Virus record (IMG/VR): IMGVR_UViG_3300032294_002400
DNA: 64,000 nt
Origin: an uncultured virus (IMG/VR IMGVR_UViG_3300032294_002400)
Taxonomy: Duplodnaviria > Heunggongvirae > Uroviricota > Caudoviricetes
Reading direction: 5' to 3' (one strand)
Part shown: positions 20,795 through 30,432 of the stretch, in pieces
Position numbering within the stretch: position 1 is the first letter of the stretch
Layout: the number at the start of each line of letters is the position of its first letter
Made by a program: the position numbers and the translations under genes
Notes under the pieces: generated by a model
What the model saw: only the letters and a program-made list of their open reading frames with translations
The model's database searches: none
Told to the model about the DNA's origin: nothing

Positions 20795-20992
20795 ATGTCA
20801 AACGAATTAACGCGAGAAGAAAAGATTGCTCAAGTTGAAAGCAAAATTCGCACATGTATAGGTATGCAAGAAAGCATGGAAGTCTACGCTTTAGAAGAAC
20901 CTGATCTAGAGATTGCACAGCAGTACAGAGACAAGGTAGAAGACTACAAAAATATAATAAATGTTCTTAAAGTATTTAAAGAAACATGTTAG
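20795..20992 (+). CDS. Small coiled-coil protein (possible fibre chaperone)
   Basis: ORF coupled to the fibre gene. LTREEKI resembles the next ORF's LTAEEKI. Confidence 0.5.
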   Translation: MSNELTREEKIAQVESKIRTCIGMQESMEVYALEEPDLEIAQQYRDKVEDYKNIINVLKVFKETC

Positions 20993-21067
20993 AATAGCAC
21001 GCAATACAGCAGTAAATGTTATACAATTTAGCGTTACAAGGACGCTAAATGGACGCAAGGAGACATA

Positions 21068-21286
21068 ATGGCAGACTATATCTTAACCGCTGAAGAAAAG
21101 ATCTCGGTTATCAATTCACACATTAAAAACATTAACTACAACAAGTTTAACGCCGAGCTTATTATCATTGAAGAAAACGCTAGCGCAGAGCCTTCTGCTA
21201 CAAAAATCTCAGATGCAAACGTAATAATCACAGATAGTAACGCCCAGATTGAAGCGCTAGAAGCTCAAATCGAAGCTCTTTCATAG
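21068..21286 (+). CDS. Small coiled-coil hypothetical protein
   Basis: AAGGAG RBS; apparent paralogue of 20795..20992. Confidence 0.6.
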   Translation: MADYILTAEEKISVINSHIKNINYNKFNAELIIIEENASAEPSATKISDANVIITDSNAQIEALEAQIEALS

Positions 21287-21313
21287 TAACTATAACTAAA
21301 GGACACTTGCTTA

Positions 21314-21502
21314 ATGGACAAGCCAAAGACTAAAGACGAGCTGATTATCATCGCGCTTCAACAGCGCATAGGTGAAATGGCTATGCAGTACGAAAGCGCT
21401 ATCGCGTCTATTCGTGCAGATTTGACCCAGCTTCAAGATGTACTTGCTATAGTCAATGGCGACAACATCAAGAAGATTGAGGGAGAGACGCCAAGTGCAT
21501 GA
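21314..21502 (+). CDS. Small coiled-coil hypothetical protein
   Basis: AAGGAC RBS; ELII.ALQQRIGE...YE..IA..RA.LT heptads. Confidence 0.6.
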   Translation: MDKPKTKDELIIIALQQRIGEMAMQYESAIASIRADLTQLQDVLAIVNGDNIKKIEGETPSA

Positions 21503-21965
21503 AGTAAAAGACGGCTCGCGGACTTTACAGTTTAGCGGAAAACTCCTTGCGGAGTCTTCATCTTGGCGTAGAGGAACATACCGCTGGATCGAGTTTAAGC
21601 TATATAAGACGGATAATGGTTCTTACATTCTTTCACGCGTCGGCGTATCCTTAATCTTCCACGGTGCAGCCTGTCCTTTAGTAAAAAGATACGGTCTTAC
21701 AGAGATGCCAACCGCATCTCTTGTAGATGATGCGCTTCCTTGTGAAGAGTGTAGACCTACACGCAGCGTTGCAGTTATCTTCCCCGAGAAACATCGTCAT
21801 TGGGCACAGGTATCCGAGGAACCAACTCCCGTACTTGAGGCTTTATATAAATACGACCAGTCTGGTGCACGATACCTCACAAACGTTGCTCAAAGACTAT
21901 TAGAGGACGCCTCGGAAGTAGATAAGGGTATCGAGTCGGTATACAGAATAGAGCTTATTCCGTAA
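21495..21965 (+). CDS. Hypothetical protein (DG.R.L.F.G.LL..SS..RW.E..LY family)
   Basis: Likely GTG start at 21495 after GAGGGAG; contains His/Cys residues (HGAAC..PCEEC). Confidence 0.6.
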   Translation: MHEVKDGSRTLQFSGKLLAESSSWRRGTYRWIEFKLYKTDNGSYILSRVGVSLIFHGAACPLVKRYGLTEMPTASLVDDALPCEECRPTRSVAVIFPEKHRHWAQVSEEPTPVLEALYKYDQSGARYLTNVAQRLLEDASEVDKGIESVYRIELIP

Positions 21966-22012
21966 ATAAGGTTTTAGTGTTATAATTTTCTAAGAGACAA
22001 AGGACGCAAAGA

Positions 22013-23029
22013 ATGTTTATAGTAATCGAAGGTACAGACGCCTCAGGCAAATCTACTCTTGTGTCTGAAGTCCAAAAGCAACTTGCTGATAAGTTTCCTA
22101 ATAAAGAAGTCGAGTTTTACCACAAATCTAAGCCAGAAGAGATGACGCGCCGTTGGGTCTTATACGACTACGTCACGTCTATTGAAAAAGCTGACTGGTC
22201 TCAACGCGTTGCTATAGCAGACCGTTGGCATTGGGGCGAGGTAACATACGCGGCTGTTAAACGCCCTGAGACGGGCACAGGCGACGGATACGGTCTCCTT
22301 GGCAAAGCTGGTTGGCGTTGGACAGAGCTCTTCCTACAATCACGTGGTGTTGCTCAGTTTTGGCTCTATCAACCTCTTGATGTTATCACTCGTCGTCTTA
22401 CTGCTCGCGGTGACGATTACATACAGGCGCACGAGCTAGAACAAATTTTAGATTTTTATCATCTTGCGGCTGCAAACTCTGCAGGTCTTGCAGGGCGCTT
22501 AACTCCAGGCGCAGACTCGCTTGATGCGGTTGGGCACCTTGCTACACATATTATTAACGCTGCCGAGACGATAGAAGACGAAACCCGTGAGCTTGCAAAG
22601 TTTCCGGAGTATATAGGTCAACGCTATCCTCGCACACTGCTTGTAGGAGATACACGTAACATTACAAAGAAATACGGCGAGGAAACTATCCTACCTTTCA
22701 TGCCTGTTGACGGCAACTCCGGCGAGTATCTGTTAACCGCGCTTGAATCTGAAAAATGGAAGACTATGGGTATCGTCAATATAAATGACATGTCACCAGA
22801 GCGTTTTCACGCGCTGTGGGCAATGTTGCGTCGTCCTCCTATAGTTGCCCTTGGGCGTTTGGCTGAAAAAGGTCTCATGCGGGCAGGAATACCAGAGTAC
22901 CAATACACGGTAACCTCTCATCCGCAACACGTCCGACGATTTTTTAATTCTAAGAAAGAAGAGTATGGTCAAGCCATATCTCGTATTGCCACTACAAAGG
23001 ATAGGACAGACACATGGATACTGCGATAA
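22013..23029 (+). CDS. Thymidylate/dNMP kinase-like domain fused to a uracil-DNA-glycosylase-like domain
   Basis: N-terminal IEGTDASGKST P-loop and DRWH..E..Y motif. C-terminal LLVGD..PF....SG.YL, IVALG..A and HP motifs of the UDG superfamily. Confidence 0.75.
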   Translation: MFIVIEGTDASGKSTLVSEVQKQLADKFPNKEVEFYHKSKPEEMTRRWVLYDYVTSIEKADWSQRVAIADRWHWGEVTYAAVKRPETGTGDGYGLLGKAGWRWTELFLQSRGVAQFWLYQPLDVITRRLTARGDDYIQAHELEQILDFYHLAAANSAGLAGRLTPGADSLDAVGHLATHIINAAETIEDETRELAKFPEYIGQRYPRTLLVGDTRNITKKYGEETILPFMPVDGNSGEYLLTALESEKWKTMGIVNINDMSPERFHALWAMLRRPPIVALGRLAEKGLMRAGIPEYQYTVTSHPQHVRRFFNSKKEEYGQAISRIATTKDRTDTWILR

Positions 23030-23880
23030 TCAACTTACCTGACGCGGTTAACGGCTACGTTAATCTTGTTCAACACGTACTCAAGTACGGTAAGGAGGCA
23101 GCTCCTCGCGGTATGAAGACGCGCGAGATTGAAGATGCAATTATTCGCATTAACGATGTCCGACATACTCTTCCTTTAGGTGTCGGTCGTGGAACTGTTC
23201 CTGGAATCGGTGCGGTTGAAGCTTGCCAGTTGCTTGCAGGCGCTGCAACTCCTAAGCTTGTTATGGCGGTCGGTCCTATGTTTAAGAACTACGCAGAAGA
23301 TAACGGAATGTTTCACGGAGCATACGGCGCGCGTACGCAAGATCAATATGGGCCAGTTATCGAGCGTCTTAAGAAAGACCCAGACTCACGGCAAGCGGTT
23401 GTAACTATCTGGGATCCAGTTTTAGATCTATTGCCAGATAAGCGCGATTACCCTTGTACAGTTTTGCATCAGTTTAGAATTCGTGACAACAAGCTTAACA
23501 TGAGCGTCTACATGCGCTCGAATGACGTATGGCTTGGAGCAGCATATGACTTCTTCCAGTTTACTCGTGTGCAAATTGCTATGGCATCTGTTCTAGGAGT
23601 TGCTCCCGGATCTTATGCTCATCACGTCGGATCTCTTCACATCTACGAGCAGCACTACGACGCGGCAGAGAATCTAAAGTATACAACCGAGCCGTATGAG
23701 AATATTCCTGCTATTACAGGATTTAACTGGCGTCAAGTGCAGGATCGAGCGCTATCATCTTTAACCGCTGCAATACATATCGATGAGCCTATGCTTGTCA
23801 ACAGCCTTCACCCGTTTGAAGGTTGGTATGCCCGCGCAATGATTACAGCAATCAAAAAGAACGAGGCTAAGAATGTCTGA
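23014..23880 (+). CDS. Thymidylate synthase homologue, probably dCMP-modifying (hydroxymethylase-like)
   Basis: DPDSRQAV, PC catalytic motif, MRSND, SLHIY. Asp (GAAYDFF) occupies the position of the dUMP-specifying Asn of ThyA. Confidence 0.8.
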   Translation: MDTAIINLPDAVNGYVNLVQHVLKYGKEAAPRGMKTREIEDAIIRINDVRHTLPLGVGRGTVPGIGAVEACQLLAGAATPKLVMAVGPMFKNYAEDNGMFHGAYGARTQDQYGPVIERLKKDPDSRQAVVTIWDPVLDLLPDKRDYPCTVLHQFRIRDNKLNMSVYMRSNDVWLGAAYDFFQFTRVQIAMASVLGVAPGSYAHHVGSLHIYEQHYDAAENLKYTTEPYENIPAITGFNWRQVQDRALSSLTAAIHIDEPMLVNSLHPFEGWYARAMITAIKKNEAKNV

Positions 23881-24049
23881 TCTTGAAAAAGAGTTTAGCA
23901 ACAGCCCTCTACGCGAGTCAATGCTGCAACTTCATGAAATGTATCTAGAGTTACGTGCGTCTGGCTTTAGCAAGAAACAGTCTTTATATTTAGTCTCTAA
24001 GGTCTTAACAACTGCGGTGTCAGGAAGCATGGACGATTTGAATGATTAG
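23873..24049 (+). CDS. 58-aa hypothetical protein (absent from the ORF track)
   Basis: ATG 23873 to TAG 24049 gives MSDLEKEFSNSPLRESMLQLHEMYLELRASGFSKKQSLYLVSKVLTTAVSGSMDDLND. It overlaps both neighbours and fills the gap. Confidence 0.65.
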   Translation: MSDLEKEFSNSPLRESMLQLHEMYLELRASGFSKKQSLYLVSKVLTTAVSGSMDDLND

Positions 24050-24521
24050 TAGACCCTCATGGGACGAAGTATGGATGCAGGTTGCAGATGCAATCTCGCG
24101 TAGATCTCGCTGTAGCCGCGCACAAATTGGCGCTGTCGTTGTGTCTAAGGACCAACGTATTAGCTCCACGGGTTACAACGGACCTGCGTCTTTATTTCCT
24201 ACCGAGGACGAGTGTATGGCATGGTGTCCACGCGCTCAGGGTTTAACTGTATTAGATAACACGTATGACTCTTGCCCGTCAATTCACGCAGAAGCAAATG
24301 CACTGTTGTATGTTGACCGTTCTCGCGTAGAAGGTGGTACTATCTACATTACAGACGCGGCTTGCTACCAATGTGCAAAGTTAATTTCTAACTCTGGCAT
24401 TACCCGCGTAGTTATGCGAATTGGTACACGTGCAGCTCATCGGTTACCAGACGCTACTGTTGAATATTTTAAGAAATGTAACATTGATGTAGTAATAACA
24501 GAGGACGTAGATGACAACTAA
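24042..24521 (+). CDS. dCMP deaminase
   Basis: RPSWD, RS.C.R..GAV, GYNG, HAE.NA and C..C zinc motifs. Confidence 0.9.
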   Translation: MISRPSWDEVWMQVADAISRRSRCSRAQIGAVVVSKDQRISSTGYNGPASLFPTEDECMAWCPRAQGLTVLDNTYDSCPSIHAEANALLYVDRSRVEGGTIYITDAACYQCAKLISNSGITRVVMRIGTRAAHRLPDATVEYFKKCNIDVVITEDVDDN

Positions 24522-26334
24522 CGGATTAGGTGACGTACAGCTTCACCTTGTAGACAGCGTTGAAAAGGCAGGTCAGTTCTTGACTTGGCTTGGCGAGCGT
24601 CGTCCTCACAATGCAATTGCAATCGACACTGAAACTGGCGAGCTTCCAGGTAACGAGCGCAAGGACGCCTTGTCACCTTGGCATGGTCGCTTGCGTTTAG
24701 TGCAGGTTGGCGATGGGCAACAAGCGTGGGCAATGCCGTGGGAAGAGTGGGCTGGCGTTTTCTACGAGGCTATGGATAACTTTGACGGCCAAATTGTTTG
24801 CCACAACATTGCGTTTGAAGCTCGCTGGTTTGATATTAAGTCTAAGTGGAAGATGCCATGGCATAGAGCGCATGACACAATGATTATGGCGCACATCATT
24901 GACCCGTTAGGATCAGGTGCGTTAAAACGTCTTGCTGCTTTACACGTCGACGGCCGTGCAGTCGCGTTGCAGGATACCTTAGATCAAGAGCTAGCTAAAA
25001 ATGGTTGGACGTGGGGAACTGTTCCTACTAATTTTCAACCTTACTGGGCATACGGTGCACTAGACTGCGTTCTAACTATGCGCATATGGGAAATGTTTTA
25101 CGAAAAGTGCGGCCCTGGAGGTCAATACAACCAAGCCTACGAGTTAGAAATGGCTACACGTCGCATCGTTACCCGTATGGAAATCAACGGTGCACGTATT
25201 GACCTTGACTACTCTAAGAGAAAGTTTGATGAACTTACAGAGTATGCTGAGTCCGTTAAGACATGGGCTAAGCAAAAGTACAACGGCGTCTCTATTACAT
25301 CTAACATTCAACTAGTGCGTCTTATCGAGTCTTTGGGCGCAGAGATTAACGAGTACACACCGTCTGGGCAAAAGTCAGCCTCAAAGGATCAGCTCAAGCT
25401 TCTTTCTATTGAAGGAAACGACGAGGTAAAGAACTTAGCTGAAATCGTATTAAAGCAACGCAAGGCAGATAAGCTTGCTAATACATATTTCTCTAACTTC
25501 CTAAGTGATAACGTAAATGGTTTTGTTCATCCATCTGTAAAAACGCTTGGCGCTCGTACTTCTCGTATGTCAATCCAAAACCCCGCACTGCAGACGTTGC
25601 CTAAGGGCGATGACGTTGTCCGTCGTGCGTTTATTCCAAAGGATGAAGATCATGTCATCATTACCTCAGACCTTGATCAGGTCGAGTTCCGCATGTTTGC
25701 CTCACTGTCACAAGATCCAAATCTCATCACACTCTTTAACCGTGCAGACGCAACAGGATCGGATCCTTTTACTGAAATTGGTCGTGAAATCTACAACGAT
25801 CCAAATATGCAAAGGTCGGACAAGCGTCGTAACCTCATCAAGGGAACTATCTATGGTCGTCTCTATGGCGCGGGAGTCTCTAAGCAAGCTCTAACAGCGG
25901 GCGTGCCTGAAACACAAATGCGCACCGTGTCTGACTCGTTAGATACACGCTTCCCAGGTATGGCTTTATTCCAACGACAAATTGAAGATGTTGGAATGCG
26001 TCGCCTAAAGGCAGAAGGACAGGGATACGTCTATACCTGGACAGGTCGCAGGCTTCCTTGTGATGAAGATCGAGTTTATACCTTGCTAAATTATTTGATC
26101 CAGGGAGGTGCGGCTGAGGTATTTAAGTCTAACCTTGTAAAACTAGATCAGGCAGATTTAACCGAACTTCTAATCGTCCCTGTACACGATGAAATCGTGC
26201 TTAATGCTCCACGCAAGGAAGCGGAAGAGATTAAGCAAATCGTAAAGCAATGCATGACAACTACCGAAGGCTGGGCTGTCCCTCTTACATCTGGTATTGA
26301 TGGACCTATGGAAACTTGGGGAGATAAATACTGA
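24511..26334 (+). CDS. polA: Family A DNA polymerase with 3'-5' exonuclease domain
   Basis: Exo motifs DTET, HN..FE, YGALD; pol motifs DLDQVEFR (A), K...YG..YG (B), VHDE (C). Confidence 0.95.
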   Translation: MTTNGLGDVQLHLVDSVEKAGQFLTWLGERRPHNAIAIDTETGELPGNERKDALSPWHGRLRLVQVGDGQQAWAMPWEEWAGVFYEAMDNFDGQIVCHNIAFEARWFDIKSKWKMPWHRAHDTMIMAHIIDPLGSGALKRLAALHVDGRAVALQDTLDQELAKNGWTWGTVPTNFQPYWAYGALDCVLTMRIWEMFYEKCGPGGQYNQAYELEMATRRIVTRMEINGARIDLDYSKRKFDELTEYAESVKTWAKQKYNGVSITSNIQLVRLIESLGAEINEYTPSGQKSASKDQLKLLSIEGNDEVKNLAEIVLKQRKADKLANTYFSNFLSDNVNGFVHPSVKTLGARTSRMSIQNPALQTLPKGDDVVRRAFIPKDEDHVIITSDLDQVEFRMFASLSQDPNLITLFNRADATGSDPFTEIGREIYNDPNMQRSDKRRNLIKGTIYGRLYGAGVSKQALTAGVPETQMRTVSDSLDTRFPGMALFQRQIEDVGMRRLKAEGQGYVYTWTGRRLPCDEDRVYTLLNYLIQGGAAEVFKSNLVKLDQADLTELLIVPVHDEIVLNAPRKEAEEIKQIVKQCMTTTEGWAVPLTSGIDGPMETWGDKY

Positions 26335-26798
26335 TGAGAGTTGTACTTTCTGTAGACCCAGGCAAGGCAAGTGGTATTGCTTTGTTTGAGATAGAACGCG
26401 GTGAAGAACCTAAGGTTGTCTGGTCAGGCGAGTACCAGATGAAGGAATATGCAAAGCCTATACGCGAGGCTATCTCATACGCCTTGGAGTCCGAGGTTGT
26501 TCTTGACGTTGTTTGCGAGCGCTTTATCATTAACGCACAGACCGTGCGCAATTCACAAGCGCCCTACAGCCTTGAGCAAATCGGCATACTTAAGCAGTTA
26601 ATGCTAGACGGAGGATTAGACCCTGACAACCTTGTCTACCAGTCTCCGGCAGACGCCAAAAAGATGTTTCCTAACGAGGCATTGAAGAAATTAGAGTATT
26701 GGCACCGTGGAGGCGAAGGCCACGCACTAGATGCGATTCGCCACGGGCTTCTACGCTGTGTAAAGCTAGGTTGGAGCCCTAGAAGGCTCCTACAATGA
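26334..26798 (+). CDS. RuvC-like Holliday junction resolvase
   Basis: VDPG..SG.A, V.CE.F and H..DA motifs. Confidence 0.7.
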   Translation: MRVVLSVDPGKASGIALFEIERGEEPKVVWSGEYQMKEYAKPIREAISYALESEVVLDVVCERFIINAQTVRNSQAPYSLEQIGILKQLMLDGGLDPDNLVYQSPADAKKMFPNEALKKLEYWHRGGEGHALDAIRHGLLRCVKLGWSPRRLLQ

Positions 26799-26885
26799 AA
26801 AAAGTAGATACTAAGCAGAAACAATAAACAATTTCTGTAAAATCCTGTTAGTATAGCGAAATAATGACGAAAGGAATGACAACCA

Positions 26886-28688
26886 GTGCCAGTTGACGTA
26901 GAGCTCGACGAGTCGGGCAAGCACGTAATTATCAATACTGAGTGGCGTCTTAAGGAGCTGTGCAAAAGTATTCCTGGAGCAAAGTGGGATGCAAAATCTC
27001 AAGTATGGTCGGTGCCTGCAAGTTGGGCAACCTGTCTTGCGCTACGTTCTACCTTCAAAACTGACCTTCAAATTGGCCCTAGATTGACCGCCTGGGCAAC
27101 TAACGAAGTCGCTACACGTATTACCCCAGCGAACGAACTTCGTGACCTAGAAACCCTGGAAGAGGGCAACGAGGACCTGTTCCCACACCAGCGCGCAGGC
27201 GTCAAATTCCTATCGGTTGCTCGTAGAGCATTACTAGCGGATGAACCTGGCCTTGGCAAAACAGCGCAGGCAATTAGAGCATTAAAACAACTACAGGACA
27301 ACGGCGAGACAGTCTTTCCTGCGCTTATTGTTTGCCCTAATACCCTTAAGAAAAACTGGAAGCGCGAGTTTGAAATGTGGTGGCCTGGAACTAAGGTCAC
27401 GGTCATTAAAGGGTCTGCCTCACAGCGTCGCAAGCAGTTCGAGGAAGATGCAGATGTATTCGTTATCAACTGGGAATCCTTACGCTCACACTCTAAGCTT
27501 GCCTCCTACGGCTCAATTGCTTTAGCGCGTTGTCAAGCCTGCGGTGGTCACGATGAACGAGTAACTGAAAATCGCTGCGAGGTTCACAAGCGAGAACTTA
27601 ATGAGATCGATTTCAAGGCAGTCATTGCCGATGAGATCCACCGCTCTAAGGAGCCAAAGTCTAAGCAATCACGTGCCCTGTGGGCTGCAACAGGTGACGC
27701 GGATATTCGCTTTGCCTTAACAGGTACACCTATTGCAAACGATGTTTTAGATCTATGGTCTATCCTTCACTGGTTATCACCTGAAGAGTGGCCAAGCAAG
27801 ACACGTTGGGTTGACAGAATGGTTAACACGATGTTGAATGCCTTTGGCGGAATGATGGTTTTAGGTATTAAGCCTCACATGGAGGAAGAGTTCTACAAGA
27901 CTGTCAACCCACGCATGCGCCGTATGTTAAAGGCAAGAGTTCTTCCTTGGCTTCCTGAAATGATGTTTGAACGTCGCGATATTGAAATGTCCGCTAAGCA
28001 AAAGAAAGCTTATGACCAAATGCGTGACACGATGATTGCAGAATTGGAATCTGGTGACGCACTAACTGCGCCATCAGCTTTGACGCAAACAATTCGCTTA
28101 CTGCAGTTTGCTAGTTCATACGCAACTATGGATGTAAACGAAGACACCGGTGAGATGCGCGCTATTCTTGCCGAGCCTTCTTGTAAGGTAGACTCCTTAA
28201 TGGACGACATATCCAACGGTGACTTTGGAAATGACTCCGTTGCGGTGTGCGCAGTGTCACGTCAGCTGATTGATTTGCTGAGCGCGGAAATGACAAAAGC
28301 TAAGATTCCACATGGTCTTATCACTGGTGCACAGACTGAAGATGAACGTCAACAAGCGGTTGACGATTTTCAATCTGGCAAGATCAAGTGGATCCTATTT
28401 ACCGCACAGGCTGGTGGTGTTGGAATTACACTTACCGCAGCACGCCGTCTTGTGATGTTGCAGCGTCCTTGGTCACTTGTTGACCATAAGCAAGCGCTTG
28501 ACCGTGTGCACCGTATCGGATCTGAAATTCACGATTCGATTATCATCTCAGACTACGTGACTGAGGGAACTATTGAAGAACGAGTTATTCAAGTTCTATC
28601 AACTAAGGCTGATAACTTTGAACAAATCGTTCGTGACAAAGACAAATTACTTGCACTACTAAAAGACGATAAGGCAGGAAACCTATGA
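26886..28688 (+). CDS. SNF2-family (SF2) helicase
   Basis: LLADEPGLGKT, DEIH, LTGTP and QA.DR.HRIG motifs; small Cys/His insertion CQAC..CEVH. Confidence 0.92.
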   Translation: MPVDVELDESGKHVIINTEWRLKELCKSIPGAKWDAKSQVWSVPASWATCLALRSTFKTDLQIGPRLTAWATNEVATRITPANELRDLETLEEGNEDLFPHQRAGVKFLSVARRALLADEPGLGKTAQAIRALKQLQDNGETVFPALIVCPNTLKKNWKREFEMWWPGTKVTVIKGSASQRRKQFEEDADVFVINWESLRSHSKLASYGSIALARCQACGGHDERVTENRCEVHKRELNEIDFKAVIADEIHRSKEPKSKQSRALWAATGDADIRFALTGTPIANDVLDLWSILHWLSPEEWPSKTRWVDRMVNTMLNAFGGMMVLGIKPHMEEEFYKTVNPRMRRMLKARVLPWLPEMMFERRDIEMSAKQKKAYDQMRDTMIAELESGDALTAPSALTQTIRLLQFASSYATMDVNEDTGEMRAILAEPSCKVDSLMDDISNGDFGNDSVAVCAVSRQLIDLLSAEMTKAKIPHGLITGAQTEDERQQAVDDFQSGKIKWILFTAQAGGVGITLTAARRLVMLQRPWSLVDHKQALDRVHRIGSEIHDSIIISDYVTEGTIEERVIQVLSTKADNFEQIVRDKDKLLALLKDDKAGNL

Positions 28689-29614
28689 CAGAACCGATAA
28701 GAATCTCAAACTCCGAGATTCAAACGTTTAAGGACTGCCGTCGCAGATGGTGGCTTAGCTACTATCGTCGCCTACAGCCAAAGACCCAGCAGATGACAGG
28801 TGCACTTGCGCTTGGGTCTCGTGTCCACGAGGCACTTGATATGTACTACGGTAAAGGTATTCCTTTGCTTGACGCACATGCTGAGTTAGTCGCAAAGGAC
28901 AAACTCATTCTTGAAGAGTCATATCGTGATACCTATGACCTAGACGCAGAAGCCGAGCTTGGACGCATCATGCTTGAAGGATACCTTCAATGGGTTGATG
29001 AAAACGGAATTGACGCAGAGTTAGATATGATCTCTACCGAAGAAATTATCGAGATGCCGTTGCTTGATGGCCAGGTAATCCTTCAAGGTAAAATTGATAT
29101 GCGGGTTCGTCGTAAGGCGGACGGCGTGCGTATGTTCCGCGACTTTAAGACTGTCGGCGGCTCATTTACAGACTTCTCTGCTATGGCACACATGAACGAA
29201 CAGATTCTTACGTACATGATGTTAGAGACAGCGCAAAACAAAGAAGGTGAACGCTCTGAAGGCGGAATCTTTACTATGCTCAAGAAGGTAAAGCGCTCTG
29301 CAAACGCAAAGCCACCGTTCTACGAGCAAATTGAAGTTCGTCACAATGTGTTTGCCTTGCGCTCGTTTTGGCAACGTATCCACGGTGTTTTAACTAACAT
29401 GATGGATGCACGCAAGGCACTTGATGAAGGAGGAGATCACCGTTTCATAGTGTATCCTAGTCCTTCGCGTGATTGCAAATGGAAATGCTCATTCTTCTCA
29501 ATATGTCCGATGTTCGACGACGGTTCTGCCGCAGAGGCAGCAATCGAAGACGCGTTCCAACCTTCGGATCCATACGCCTACTACGGTGTAGAAGAGAAGA
29601 AGGGTAACGCTTAA
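28685..29614 (+). CDS. Cas4-like / PD-(D/E)XK exonuclease
   Basis: S.S....F..C.R.W, G..VH, GKID, DFKT, Q...Y and C..C....C motifs. Confidence 0.85.
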   Translation: MTEPIRISNSEIQTFKDCRRRWWLSYYRRLQPKTQQMTGALALGSRVHEALDMYYGKGIPLLDAHAELVAKDKLILEESYRDTYDLDAEAELGRIMLEGYLQWVDENGIDAELDMISTEEIIEMPLLDGQVILQGKIDMRVRRKADGVRMFRDFKTVGGSFTDFSAMAHMNEQILTYMMLETAQNKEGERSEGGIFTMLKKVKRSANAKPPFYEQIEVRHNVFALRSFWQRIHGVLTNMMDARKALDEGGDHRFIVYPSPSRDCKWKCSFFSICPMFDDGSAAEAAIEDAFQPSDPYAYYGVEEKKGNA

Positions 29615-29647
29615 TAATGTTACAAACAACAGAGATGAAAGGAAACA

Positions 29648-30427
29648 GTGATGTCTGACGTACAACGTTCGTTGACAATCATGGTTTACGGCGAATCAAA
29701 GGTTGGTAAATCAACCTTCGCGGTAACCGCACCATATCCACGTCTCATGCTCGACGTTGAAGGTGGGCATCGATTCCTACCTATCACCGTTAAGTACTGG
29801 GACCCTATTAGAGAAGAACCACCAGTTGCCGATGGCACCTGGGACACTGTAGTCGTTAACGTTCGCGACTACGATGTTGTTCTCAAAACATTCCAGTGGT
29901 TACAAACTGGAAAGCATCAATTCAAGTCACTTATCATTGACTCCATCTCTGAACTTCAAGTGAAGTGCATGGATTCAATCGCAGGTACTGAACAGATGAA
30001 GATGCAACAATGGGGCGAGTTGCTTCGTCACATGGGTGCGCTATTGCGTGACCTACGTGACCTTACAATGCACCCTACACAACCGCTAGAAGCTGTTGTA
30101 TTGACTGCAATGGCACGTCCAGGCAGTGATGGTCGTTCACGTCCATACCTGCAGGGTCAGCTTGCAATTCAAGCACCATACTTCTATGACATCCTTGGCG
30201 CAATTACAGTAGAGACTCATCCAAATCCAGATCCACTGCAACCACCGTTCAAGGCACGACGTATGTATGTAGAACGTACAGACGAATACGAAGCAGGCGA
30301 GCGAGTACAAGGTCGACTTGGAAAGATCGTTGAACAACAAGACCTTGGAATCGAGCGCATGCTCGACATGATCTTCGGTCCAAAAAATCCACCAGCAGCA
30401 GCAACAACAACTAAGTCAGGAGAATAA
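29648..30427 (+). CDS. AAA-type ATPase (Sak4/AAA_24-like recombination protein)
   Basis: YGESKVGKST Walker A, D.E.G and IIDS.S motifs; lies between exonuclease and SSB. Confidence 0.8.
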   Translation: MMSDVQRSLTIMVYGESKVGKSTFAVTAPYPRLMLDVEGGHRFLPITVKYWDPIREEPPVADGTWDTVVVNVRDYDVVLKTFQWLQTGKHQFKSLIIDSISELQVKCMDSIAGTEQMKMQQWGELLRHMGALLRDLRDLTMHPTQPLEAVVLTAMARPGSDGRSRPYLQGQLAIQAPYFYDILGAITVETHPNPDPLQPPFKARRMYVERTDEYEAGERVQGRLGKIVEQQDLGIERMLDMIFGPKNPPAAATTTKSGE

Positions 30428-30432
30428 ACCAG

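Noticed and set aside
23014..23880. Calling the TS homologue a plain thyA
   Set aside because: The substrate-specifying Asn is Asp and the context points to base modification, so the gene symbol was withheld.
24511..28688. Inteins or introns in polymerase or helicase (and in primase at 57469)
   Set aside because: Lengths are ordinary and no splice-junction or homing-endonuclease motifs were seen. The helicase insertion is only a short Cys/His loop.
28685..29614. Cas4-like gene as evidence of a CRISPR-Cas system
   Set aside because: No cas1/cas2 or array. It sits in the usual exonuclease-ATPase-SSB recombination module of phages.
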